Source: a virus
Taxonomy: Duplodnaviria > Caudoviricetes
IMG/VR virus record: IMGVR_UViG_3300034101_000486
Coordinates: 1-58,016 of that record
Length of the DNA: 58,016 bases
Reading direction: 5' to 3' (one strand)
The notes under the pieces: model-generated
The model's input: the letters and a program-made list of their open reading frames with translations, nothing else
The model's database searches: none
Told to the model about the DNA's origin: nothing
Made by a program: the position numbers and the translations under genes
Shown here: piece by piece, positions 47,301 through 55,445 of the stretch
How positions within the stretch are numbered: the stretch's first letter is position 1
Layout of the letters: every line of letters begins with the position of its first letter

Positions 47301-47784
47301 CAGACAATGCCAAAGTGTCAAATATCGTTGCTAGTGTTGAGTTTGTCTTATAAACCCAACATTCAACAGTCCAATCACCAGTGCCCATTGCATTAGCGGT
47401 ATTTGCGCTAACAGCATTTATGTAATCACCAGAGCCATCAAAGTAATTGCTGTAATACCCAGCCTGATACGGATTAAAGTTATTAGACCGCGCATCACCG
47501 TTGATGGTGACGTTGAAGTTGTTGGTTGATGCGTCAGCGTTGAACGGGGTCACAACAGCAGAAGCTCCCGCACCCACGCCGGTGGTCGGCAATGGCTGCG
47601 CAGAGCCGTCTCCGTGCAGCAGCATCGTGACGTAGTTGAACTGCGGGTCACGGGGGAATGGCCACGTGTTTGTGTTCTGCGCAGCGGCTTGCTGGCTCAG
47701 TGTCCAGACCCCAGGAGCGCTTATGCTGTTAGGAACAACCGGAGTTTTGGAGATCACCCCTCCAGGATACTGGTTAGACATCAA
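44323..47784 (-). CDS. Receptor-binding tail fibre with five LamG/ConA-like domains
   Basis: Five repeats of Y[FL][DN]GS[GS]D...TVE.W.Y...W.H.A.VR...GYI...R. Confidence 0.85.
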   Translation of the reverse strand: MMSNQYPGGVISKTPVVPNSISAPGVWTLSQQAAAQNTNTWPFPRDPQFNYVTMLLHGDGSAQPLPTTGVGAGASAVVTPFNADASTNNFNVTINGDARSNNFNPYQAGYYSNYFDGSGDYINAVSANTANAMGTGDWTVECWVYKTNSTLATIFDTLALSGASTDAIRIYINASNAISFYKYSTSVTTGGSVTLNTWNHVAVVRQSSEIKIYLNGTQVNTTYTDTGSNYTCGANRPSSGIDGFDNSSNPFQGFISNLRAVKGTAVYTGSFTPSTTPLTAISGTSLLTCQSNRFIDNSTNAFTITKNGDTAVSPAQPFTLPSSVATYGSGYLDGSGDQLTVANNSAFDVGSGNFTVEAWVYLSGTSGSVFNYSNGQSTNANFAWEIYQNSATSIQVSVFQSTTQYTASSTSLIANAWNHVAGVRNGNTLTIYVNGVAGGTTASVTGVTVNNPSGATVKVSGYNNASAVITGYVADARMVKGTAVYTSAFTPPTAPLTAVSGTSLLTTQYNGGGNNNGFKDSSQNNFVITRAGNTTQGTFTPYGADWSNYFNGSSDYLTMPDNANYVISGDFTVEAWIYPTSFAGTNGNIVLAQWPGGTASNQSFQFYVNSTGKVGLVYGIGATNAAVVGTSLSCTLNTWNHIAVTRSGTTVRYFVNGALDATSSTVSGAFNNSTGVMSVGRINASDSGYFSGYISNCRLVIGTALYTTAFTPSITPITAVSGTQVLVCQSNRFLDNSSNAAAITVAGTPSVQSFSPFVPLVVYNPAVNGGSAYFDGSGDYLSAPTNTSFNLFNQTNATVEFWVYLNAYSSDQDPVSYYSSGSSQWFCQLAGGQANQPIKWYVDGSGQNVSGNTTSSTFPIKAWHHLAFVKSGSNWTIYLNGAQLATAATAPSVSISGTLYVGGRTPTVNLVNGYLADVRITNTVVYSGAFTPPTAPLTAVTGTSLLLNATNAAIFDNAMMNDLETVGNAQISTSVKKFGAASMYFDGSGDYLVPNAGTSDLYAFGTGAYTIEFWIYFNSTATTYLIYDTRPSGVNGFYPTIYFDSSAGYINFYLNGAIRITGTVATASGSWHHVALCRSGTSTKLFINGTQSGSTYTDSNTYLGAASRPTIGGDGNAPGSNGLNGYIDDLRVTKGYARYTTTFTPPTAAFPNG

Positions 47785-48182
47785 ACACCTCCAGGCAGCG
47801 AGTCCGCGCCGTTAGAACCGAAATCAATAATTACATCAGTGGCGGTTGCTGAAACGCTGTCAGCGCCGTTAGACGACATCATTCCGGATGAAATCTGCAG
47901 GGTGTCGTCCTCAGGCGCAACCCACAAGCAGGTCGCCTCATCCAGCGTCCAAGCTGGGCTGGGTCTCGGAGGAATGAACGCGTCTCTCTGAGCGTCATAC
48001 GTAAAGCCGATACCAGCGTAGTTTTTACGCAAGGGTGTGCCGCCGTTTGCGTGCACACCGCCTCGGGTGTTGTAAGAAGTCTGAACCCAACCCGTGCCGA
48101 ACATTCCTGAATTAATCACGTCCTGCTCGGCAACGATGACCTGAGTTACGATTCCGTTTTCTACTTTTGCAAAATGTGCCAT
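47781..48182 (-). CDS. Conserved fibre-associated protein
   Basis: MAHFAK...WVQTSYN...RKNYAGIG.TYD..RDAFIPP; start ATG 48182 after GAGG. Confidence 0.7.
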   Translation of the reverse strand: MAHFAKVENGIVTQVIVAEQDVINSGMFGTGWVQTSYNTRGGVHANGGTPLRKNYAGIGFTYDAQRDAFIPPRPSPAWTLDEATCLWVAPEDDTLQISSGMMSSNGADSVSATATDVIIDFGSNGADSLPGGV

Positions 48183-48190
48183 GTTTAACC

Positions 48191-49126
48191 TCAGAATATG
48201 ATTGTTCCAGACGACGTCCACTTATAAATGCGATAACCGCCTGAAACAGTGATTGTGGGTGATCCGGTCGTTGCTCGGGCAGCATCGTAGCTATCCGCGT
48301 AACGAATGACGACTACGCCAGAACCTCCGGTCGCGGCTACCGCGCCGTTTTGGTTATTACCGCCTCCGCCGCCTCCGCCGCCGAGATTAGTGCCACCAGC
48401 GGTCGGTTGAATAGTAGCGCCGTCTTCACCCGCTGTACCGCCAGTACCGCCGCCGCCCGAGCCTCCTGAGCCACCAACCTTGTTACCGCCGTTGTTAAGG
48501 TAGTTACCGCCACCACCACCGCCAGCATAAGTTACGGATGAGCCAGTGATGCTTGAGGCTGTACCGTTACCGCCGTTACCTGCTGGGTTATTACCGGCAG
48601 AACTAGTAGTACCGACAGCAGAAGCTCCGCCACCGCCACCACCTGAATACGGCTCACCGCCGGTCTGCGAGTTACCCCCTGCGGAACCTTGACCAGCCGT
48701 CCCAGAGCCAGCACTACCGCCAGAGCCGCCATTTAAAATAGCACCGCCACCACCAGAACCGCCAGATGCTCCGTTATTCTGACCTGATGTAAAACCTGTA
48801 CCACCGCCGCCACCACCGGTAGAAGTGATTGAACCAAAAACAGAATCACCACCTGAACCACCGCGTATTGAATTGGTTTGGCTACCCGCTGTACCACCAG
48901 CGCCGACAGTTACTGTGATGGGAGAGCCTGCGGTCACGGAGAATCCAGAAGCCGTCCTGAAGCCACCCCCGCCACCGCCACCTCCACGACCCATACCGCC
49001 GCCACCGCCACCGGCGACCACTAAGTATTCAACTGTCGGCGGGGCATTAACTGAGACAGGCCAATTGCTCGCCCCTTTAGCTTGCATCTGTTGTCTTGAT
49101 GTCCACATTCCTGAGTATTGAGCCAT
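48191..49126 (-). CDS. Glycine-rich tail appendage protein
   Basis: VEYLVVAGGGGG...YAGGGGG...GGSGVVVIRY. Confidence 0.75.
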   Translation of the reverse strand: MAQYSGMWTSRQQMQAKGASNWPVSVNAPPTVEYLVVAGGGGGGMGRGGGGGGGGFRTASGFSVTAGSPITVTVGAGGTAGSQTNSIRGGSGGDSVFGSITSTGGGGGGTGFTSGQNNGASGGSGGGGAILNGGSGGSAGSGTAGQGSAGGNSQTGGEPYSGGGGGGASAVGTTSSAGNNPAGNGGNGTASSITGSSVTYAGGGGGGNYLNNGGNKVGGSGGSGGGGTGGTAGEDGATIQPTAGGTNLGGGGGGGGNNQNGAVAATGGSGVVVIRYADSYDAARATTGSPTITVSGGYRIYKWTSSGTIIF

Positions 49127-49133
49127 TTTTTCC

Positions 49134-49982
49134 TCAGAAGGTTATAGAGCCAGAAGATGTAAAAGTGTAAACGTAGTAAGCGCCAGTTAAAGAAACTGTT
49201 GGTGATCCTGTTGTTGCCGTAGCCGCAGGTACGCTGCGAATAATGACAACTCCCGAGCCACCTGCACCACCGGCATTAGATGGAGCATTGAAGTTACCGC
49301 CACCACCGCCGCCCGTGTTAGCTGTTCCAGCGTTTGCTGCTCCGCTTGCGACACCTGCACCACCACCGCCGTTACCACCAGCGCCTTGCGTTCCACCACT
49401 AGGGGCACAACCACCACCGCCGCCAGCGTAGAAAACAGAAGCTCCTGTGATGGAAGAAGCTAAACCTACACCGCCGCCACCTGCGATAGAAACGGTAGCA
49501 CCATTCCCACCAGCAGCACCAGCTCCACCACCGCCACCCCCAGGAGACCCAGAGCCGCCGTTGTCAAAACCGATACCGCCATTGTTACCTTGACCTAAAG
49601 TACCTGCTCCTGCTGAACCCGCTCCCGCACTTGAGCGAACGCCACCGCCACCCCCAGAGCCGCCAGTTAAACCATTTTTCAGTGCCGCAGTTGCTGAATA
49701 CCCGCCCGCTCCTCCGCCGCCGATGGCGATTATAGCGTTAAATGAAGAATTGGTACCACCAGATGATTGACCATCACTAGTAGCTCCCGCGCCACCAGCG
49801 CCGACAACCACCGCGTAGGTTGTACCGGTGGTGAGGTTTAAATCATTCGCGCTTAGAAAACCGCCAGCGCCACCTCCGCCAGTAGAACCCCCACCACCCC
49901 CAGCTACGATCAAATAATCAACAGCCAGCGCTAAAGGGTTAAACTTAGTAGTGATAAACCCGCCGGAATAACGCATCGACAT
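49134..49982 (-). CDS. Glycine-rich tail appendage protein (paralog)
   Basis: VDYLIVAGGGGG...YAGGGGG...GGSGVVIIR. Confidence 0.75.
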   Translation of the reverse strand: MSMRYSGGFITTKFNPLALAVDYLIVAGGGGGSTGGGGAGGFLSANDLNLTTGTTYAVVVGAGGAGATSDGQSSGGTNSSFNAIIAIGGGGAGGYSATAALKNGLTGGSGGGGGVRSSAGAGSAGAGTLGQGNNGGIGFDNGGSGSPGGGGGGAGAAGGNGATVSIAGGGGVGLASSITGASVFYAGGGGGCAPSGGTQGAGGNGGGGAGVASGAANAGTANTGGGGGGNFNAPSNAGGAGGSGVVIIRSVPAATATTGSPTVSLTGAYYVYTFTSSGSITF

Positions 49983-49993
49983 AGCGTTACTCC

Positions 49994-50395
49994 TTAGGTG
50001 ATAGCTTCAAACGTCGCAGTGTAGGTCAATGCGCTTCCGGTGCCAGAGATGACACCAACGGACTGGTTCTCGGTGACGTAAAAACTAGTCGTCTTATCAG
50101 TTACGATCAGTGACGCGTTAGCGGGCACACTGATCTGATAAGCGATGTAGTAAGGTGTACCGCTCGCGTAAGTCGCATTGTTTGAAACGCCGACTGTGCA
50201 AACTGCAGCAGATGAAGTCGTGTTAGACACCACGATGCTCGTCACGCGGTTCACAGTACCCGCTGAGGGTGTGAGACCGGTCAACGAAGTTGAACCATTA
50301 TAAGTCCACGCAACTGAAACACTTGTATTACTAGGGATGACATAGGCGACATTCCCGTAAATACTAGTGACGTTGACGATATTGGGATTTGCCAT
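49994..50395 (-). CDS. Conserved virion protein (MANPNIVNVTSIYG family)
   Basis: SD AAGGAG; beta-rich; tail module. Confidence 0.7.
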   Translation of the reverse strand: MANPNIVNVTSIYGNVAYVIPSNTSVSVAWTYNGSTSLTGLTPSAGTVNRVTSIVVSNTTSSAAVCTVGVSNNATYASGTPYYIAYQISVPANASLIVTDKTTSFYVTENQSVGVISGTGSALTYTATFEAIT

Positions 50396-50407
50396 GTTTA
50401 TCGCTCC

Positions 50408-50719
50408 TTAGAAACCGAAGATCATCGCCATTGCGATGGCTTTACCTGTTGAAATGCCAGCTGTGCCGAATGAAAGATTACCCGCGCCGTCGGTGACGAC
50501 AGCTTGTCCGCTGGTTCCGTCAGCGGTGGGGTACTTCAGACCTGCTGGGTTGTTCATGATACGCTTCACTGTACCGGTGTTGTTCTTAGCGTACAACGCC
50601 ATATCAGCGTCAGCAATGTTGAAACCCAGTTCACCGGCGCTCAAGTTACCGGACGTAGGGGCTGCGCCCGCAGTGGTCGTGCGGTAAAGTTGAATTGGGG
50701 TATAGCCTGTTTGTGCCAT
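50408..50719 (-). CDS. Short tail-fibre-like protein
   Basis: PIQLY.TT...P....L..GEL..N..D; PTADGT.GQ...TDG.GNLSF; GKAIAMAMIFG. Confidence 0.65.
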   Translation of the reverse strand: MAQTGYTPIQLYRTTTAGAAPTSGNLSAGELGFNIADADMALYAKNNTGTVKRIMNNPAGLKYPTADGTSGQAVVTDGAGNLSFGTAGISTGKAIAMAMIFGF

Positions 50720-50724
50720 GTTTG

Positions 50725-51069
50725 TTACCTCAGGTTTTCAAGTTTGTAAAGGGTTTTCATATGCATACCTGTGAGATCATCAACGATGTTCTCAAGAGCT
50801 GGAACACCCTTAGCAACCTTGCTACGGTTTTCATTCAGCCAAATTATATCATCATGAATCATTTTTGCAACGCTTTTTTCCTGCTCGCCGACTTCACCAA
50901 TGATTCCGAATGTACCTTGATACGCCTCGATCAAGTCATCAAGCTGCTCAATCACGTCCTCGTAGTAATGCCCGAGGGCTTTGTGCTCAGCATAAGACTT
51001 CGTTTTCCAGTGCGCGATGTGAGCCGCGTTTCTAGCGTGGAATAGCCGCTCGATTAGTGTTTCAATCAT
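50725..51069 (-). CDS. Ferritin/Dps-like protein (DUF5856-like)
   Basis: H..HW.TKSYAEHKAL..YY......D.LIE.YQG...TLYKL..L. Confidence 0.7.
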   Translation of the reverse strand: MIETLIERLFHARNAAHIAHWKTKSYAEHKALGHYYEDVIEQLDDLIEAYQGTFGIIGEVGEQEKSVAKMIHDDIIWLNENRSKVAKGVPALENIVDDLTGMHMKTLYKLENLR

Positions 51070-53549
51070 CAGAATGTGCCCCCGTCAACACCGCCCCAGT
51101 TCGGAGCACTTGAACCCGCAGACCTCAAAACCTGTCCGGCAGTGCCGTTAGCGAGGAAAGCCGTAGCGCCTGAACCGGTCTGGTAAGGGATCTGGCTCGC
51201 TGCGCCACCCGCGAGGTTAGTTGCGGTGGTTGCGCTAGTGGCGGTTGTAGCCGTGGTGGCTGAACCGACAGAGAGCGTGCTCTGAGCCACGTACTGCGGT
51301 GCGCTAGCCCCTGCGGTCAAGACATAATTAGTCGTGCCGAGAGCGAGCGTTGTCGTCGTAGCCGCGCCGCTCTGATAAACGATGGATCCAGCAGCGCCGC
51401 CGGTTACGTTGGTAGCTGTGACAGCGGCGGTAGCGTTACCCACAGTAACCGAAGCGGGATCTGTCCATCCAGGAGCAGACCCGTTAGAGGTCAACATGTA
51501 GGTGTTAGAGCCGATACCTAACTTGCTCAGCGCTGTACCTGAGGTGTAGTAAGGTAAGTCACCCGCCGTAAAGCTGGTCAAACCTGTACCGCCGTTAGCT
51601 ACAACCACAGGCGCGGTCAGACTGAATTGAGTACCGGTCAGCGTCAAGCCTGTGCCGGCAGAATAGACCTGCGAAGAGCTAATCTGCGCAAATGTGATAG
51701 CCGTTGTGCCGAAGGTGATGACCCCTGAAGTCGTACAGACGTAAGTCTCACCCGCGCCCGTGTTACCGTTAGTAACAAAGAACGCATCGTTATAACCCAA
51801 GGCGTCCGGATCACGCAAGCCGTAAGTGTCTGCGTCCGTAGCACGGGTCAGCACCCAGTTAGTAGAGCCGTCACCGACTGTGGTCAGCGTGTAAACGCCG
51901 TTTTCAAACTGATTTGTTTGGTTGTATATCAGAACGCGACTGTTGAGCGGTATGGCGATACCGTCAGCGGTGAACGCCGCTTGAGTTCCAGCGTTGGTCA
52001 GCGTAGCGCCGACACCCGCCGTTCCGTTGTTGTAAGTCGCGTTCAGGTTACCTGTTGTGCTGGGGACTTCAACATAGACGGGTGAATGATATGAAATACC
52101 TTGCGTGACTAACCCGTCCACATACTGCTTGGTAGCAACTTGGAAATTGCTAACAGGGTCTTGCGTCACTGCGACCGAAGTCAATCCGCCCAGCGTCAAA
52201 GACGTAGCGCCCAAAGACACGGACGTGGTTCCCAGCGTCACCGCGCTGTTTGTCAGAGCGCCGTTAGGAATACCGCTGAAGTTTGTACCTGTCAGGGTCG
52301 GAGTTGTACTGTAACTGGGGGCTGAACCGCCGACCAGAACACCCGTGCCGGCGGCTAAGAATGTCGTAACCCCTGAACTGGTCTGGTACGGAACCGAACC
52401 AGTCGCGCCACCGGCAAGGCTACCCGCCGTTCCTGTGGTGTTCTGGTTCAACGTGGGAACGTCCGCCGCAACCATGGCGCGGAAACTCGGAGTTCCGGTT
52501 GAGCCGTTAGGAGAAGCTAAAAATTTATTCGCTGTCTGCGATGCCCAGCTACCCGCCAGCACACCAGCTGAAGTCACGGGAGAGCCGGTAACTGTGAAAT
52601 CAGAAGGTAGGGTTAACCCTACGGAGGTAACAGTTCCTGCACCGGCGATCGTACCCCATTCAAACCCTGTGCCGTTCCATTTGAGCAGGGTGTTTGAAAA
52701 GGTTGGCGCGTCAATGAATGCGGTTACATCGGTAGCCGACTGATAAGCGATCTTGTTAGCAGCGCCGCCGTTGATATTGTTAGCCTGACCTACGTTGAGA
52801 CCGCTTTGATTAGACCAAGTGTATTGGCTAGTTCCGCCTGAAAGCAGAACCTGTCCGGCAACACCAGCAGGACCAACGTACAAGCCGTCAGCGCCTGACC
52901 AGATAACTGCTCCTGGTTGCATGACGAGGCTACGAGCCGTGCCGCCGTTGTTCAAGCCGAGAATATTGTCTACTTGGTCATCAGCGGAAAGGTCAACGGC
53001 GGGGTGTTTGTGATCGCCGCGAGACAGCGTGGTTGCTACGCCTGCTGAGCCGGTTTGAAAACCCGCCTGCGGCGACGCGGAGCTGAAATCAGCAGTGAGG
53101 GTGACATTGCCACTCAGTGCCCCACCACCTGTCAAACCATTACCAGCAATCACTTGAGTGCTTGTAGGAACATAGCCCGAGATTGTTGCAGGGATTGTGG
53201 TAGCCGCAGTTACTCGACCTGTGCTGTCAACAGTAAAAACTGGGATGTTAGTCGCATCACCATAAACACCAGAAGCCACACCGGTATCAGACAGCAGTGT
53301 GCCGTTAACGCCTTTTGGCGCTACACTGAGCGTGATATTGCTTGTTAACTGCCCACCACCAGTCATGCCTGTGCCTGCAATAACTTGGCGGCTCGTGGGC
53401 ACGCCAGCAACGCTTAGCAGGTCACCGACGCGGATTTGGTAGTTGTTGCCCTGATAGACGATCATCATCAGGCTGTTTTCATCAGCCACAGGAGCAACGG
53501 GTAACTGCGTAATTCGCGTCGGTATTAGATTACTTGGTACGTCAGACAT
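51069..53549 (-). CDS. Long tail fibre protein
   Basis: 826 aa Thr/Gly/Ala-rich, AGTGLTGGG repeats, ATKQYVD, QT...ENGVY, LTRATD. Confidence 0.8.
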   Translation of the reverse strand: MSDVPSNLIPTRITQLPVAPVADENSLMMIVYQGNNYQIRVGDLLSVAGVPTSRQVIAGTGMTGGGQLTSNITLSVAPKGVNGTLLSDTGVASGVYGDATNIPVFTVDSTGRVTAATTIPATISGYVPTSTQVIAGNGLTGGGALSGNVTLTADFSSASPQAGFQTGSAGVATTLSRGDHKHPAVDLSADDQVDNILGLNNGGTARSLVMQPGAVIWSGADGLYVGPAGVAGQVLLSGGTSQYTWSNQSGLNVGQANNINGGAANKIAYQSATDVTAFIDAPTFSNTLLKWNGTGFEWGTIAGAGTVTSVGLTLPSDFTVTGSPVTSAGVLAGSWASQTANKFLASPNGSTGTPSFRAMVAADVPTLNQNTTGTAGSLAGGATGSVPYQTSSGVTTFLAAGTGVLVGGSAPSYSTTPTLTGTNFSGIPNGALTNSAVTLGTTSVSLGATSLTLGGLTSVAVTQDPVSNFQVATKQYVDGLVTQGISYHSPVYVEVPSTTGNLNATYNNGTAGVGATLTNAGTQAAFTADGIAIPLNSRVLIYNQTNQFENGVYTLTTVGDGSTNWVLTRATDADTYGLRDPDALGYNDAFFVTNGNTGAGETYVCTTSGVITFGTTAITFAQISSSQVYSAGTGLTLTGTQFSLTAPVVVANGGTGLTSFTAGDLPYYTSGTALSKLGIGSNTYMLTSNGSAPGWTDPASVTVGNATAAVTATNVTGGAAGSIVYQSGAATTTTLALGTTNYVLTAGASAPQYVAQSTLSVGSATTATTATSATTATNLAGGAASQIPYQTGSGATAFLANGTAGQVLRSAGSSAPNWGGVDGGTF

Positions 53550-53852
53550 TTAAAACTCCAAATAGCCATCACCATCTTCGGTAATGAAAAACTCATCACC
53601 GGCTTCTTGAATAACGCCAGCAGGATGAGTGTTGATCGGGGTGTCCGGACGATTGAACGGAAGTACGATTTGGTCAGGACGACGCGGCGCAAGGCGGTAC
53701 GGGTCGTACTCATCGCGGTCTTCCTCGCAGACCATCAGACCAGGATAGTTCGGGTCAGGAGACAACTCAGAAAGCAACATCTTACGCGAGCAACGACCGC
53801 ATATGGCGATACCATACGTCGGTTGTCCGCTCGGGTCAAGAAAGACGCTCAT
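53550..53852 (-). CDS. Zn-binding hypothetical protein
   Basis: AICGRCS...GLMVC..D.D..DP. Confidence 0.7.
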   Translation of the reverse strand: MSVFLDPSGQPTYGIAICGRCSRKMLLSELSPDPNYPGLMVCEEDRDEYDPYRLAPRRPDQIVLPFNRPDTPINTHPAGVIQEAGDEFFITEDGDGYLEF

Positions 53853-54829
53853 TTGGTGTAAACCCCGATGCCAGGATTAATCTGAATAGGCGAACCGTCA
53901 TTGTCCCCGTCCCAAGCACGCTGCAAGCTCATAGCCGCTTTCTGCTCAAGTACAGGTATGAGTTGCGGATCGACCTGCGGAGTCTCGGCAGCCACCTCAG
54001 CTGACAAGCCGTCAATAATCGCGTTCAGCCATCGCTGGGGCACTTCCACGTCTTGCTGAAGGTTCGCAGTGTCCATGATCTGACGATGCCGCCAGAGGAT
54101 CAACTGAGCCTGCTCAGCGGCGATAAACGGCGCTGGCCAGAGGTAAACCACCGGCTCAGGCAAGTCACGCTGGAAATAGTAATTGCTAGGGCGACCAGGA
54201 AACACTTTATTGCTCTGGTTGACGTAGCTGTCGCGGTTCAGCTGTCCGAGGGGGATCTCTTGAGGCAGATTGCCTAAGCTGATTACCGCATAGTTGAACG
54301 TGCTCGTAGAGGTAATCCTGAAGTACTGGTAGGGTAGCGCCCCAGAGATGTCAGTCCACGTGATCTCGCCCGCGCTCGCGGTGTCTGTGTAGGTTCCTAC
54401 GGTAACCCAAACTGTTCCGTTCGCGCTCACCTGAAAGGTCAGGGGCGTTGACGCACCGGACCACTCAATACCTACCGTATCGACGACAGTTTGCGTGGTG
54501 AAGTTTACGGTATACGAAGTAGAAGTTGCTACGTACGCGCCGGTGACCGGTTGAATCGTACGATAGTTCAGATTCAGAACTTCAACAGTGCCGCTGGGCA
54601 GCGTGACAATCGGTTGATTCTCGTACATCGGCAGAATCAGCTTCTCAATACACCAGCTAGGTGTTTTGATGCTCGCCAACTCAGAGAGGAACAAATACAG
54701 AGACTCTAAGGCATAGGTCTGCATTTCGGCTGTGATAGCCTGTGCGGGCAGACGACAACGCCTGAAGGCGTGATCTACCACCTTCAGTGCGTTAAATGTC
54801 GTTGCGCTCACTGTGCCGGAATATGCCAT
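53849..54829 (-). CDS. Putative head-completion/adaptor protein
   Basis: MAYSGT...AFRRC, LNRDSY...NK..PGRP, YLWPAP, VPQRW. Confidence 0.6.
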   Translation of the reverse strand: MAYSGTVSATTFNALKVVDHAFRRCRLPAQAITAEMQTYALESLYLFLSELASIKTPSWCIEKLILPMYENQPIVTLPSGTVEVLNLNYRTIQPVTGAYVATSTSYTVNFTTQTVVDTVGIEWSGASTPLTFQVSANGTVWVTVGTYTDTASAGEITWTDISGALPYQYFRITSTSTFNYAVISLGNLPQEIPLGQLNRDSYVNQSNKVFPGRPSNYYFQRDLPEPVVYLWPAPFIAAEQAQLILWRHRQIMDTANLQQDVEVPQRWLNAIIDGLSAEVAAETPQVDPQLIPVLEQKAAMSLQRAWDGDNDGSPIQINPGIGVYTK

Positions 54830-54886
54830 ACTAACCCCATTTTGTAGTCAGATGGCTGCTGTCCTAGCACGCCCGATATTGACAAA

Positions 54887-54915
54887 ATTATAATTCAATA
54901 TTGCTGAAAGAACAA
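54887..54915 (-). promoter_or_regulatory. Promoter TTGTTC-N17-TATAAT
   Basis: AT-rich gap; -10 flanked by ATATTGA/TCAATAT inverted repeat. Confidence 0.55.
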
Positions 54916-54916
54916 A

Positions 54917-55435
54917 TTATTTGGCTTTCTTGTCAGCGCGGCGAGCTTCGGACAGGGCGATTGCGACGGCTTGCTTGGTGCCGGTGACCTTGGGACCCAT
55001 CTTGCTGCCGGAGTGCAACTCACCAGCTTTGAACTCGCCCATGACCTTGTCGATCTTCTTGTAACCCGCTTTAGGAATTACTGGTCCGCCCTTTTTCAGC
55101 ATCATCTTGCCAGGCAAGTTGGGCGCTGTGTGCATCGCGGTTTCGCCAGGATTCTTGTTAGCCAAAACGCCCAAAGCACCTCGGCTTTTAATCATCCCTT
55201 GAGGCGCAGCAGGGGCTTTTACGGTCTCACGCTGGATTACCTCTTTACGCTGCATGCGGGGGGTCTCCATGGATTCGTGCTTCTCCATCGCCTTACGGCT
55301 AGGATAGCTCTCACCCGTGGCTTTCTCCATAACCTTACCGCCTTTGGCGTAGCAGTTTGCGCTACCGCCCATGGCGTAGCCTTTAGCCATACCGCCTGAT
55401 GAGAAATTAAAATCTTTAACTTTTCCGACTGTCAT
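54917..55435 (-). CDS. Basic protein with repeated xxxGG motifs and DUF6496-like C-terminus
   Basis: Start ATG 55435 (AAGGGG SD); FSSGG, YAMGG, YAKGG, LKKGG; KVMGEFKAGELHSG...KQAVAIALSEAR. Confidence 0.7.
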   Translation of the reverse strand: MTVGKVKDFNFSSGGMAKGYAMGGSANCYAKGGKVMEKATGESYPSRKAMEKHESMETPRMQRKEVIQRETVKAPAAPQGMIKSRGALGVLANKNPGETAMHTAPNLPGKMMLKKGGPVIPKAGYKKIDKVMGEFKAGELHSGSKMGPKVTGTKQAVAIALSEARRADKKAK

Positions 55436-55445
55436 GTTGAACCCC

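Noticed and set aside
44323-49982. Diversity-generating retroelement or invertase-driven fibre switching
   Set aside because: No reverse transcriptase, no near-identical TR/VR pair differing at adenines, no invertase or inverted cassette seen.
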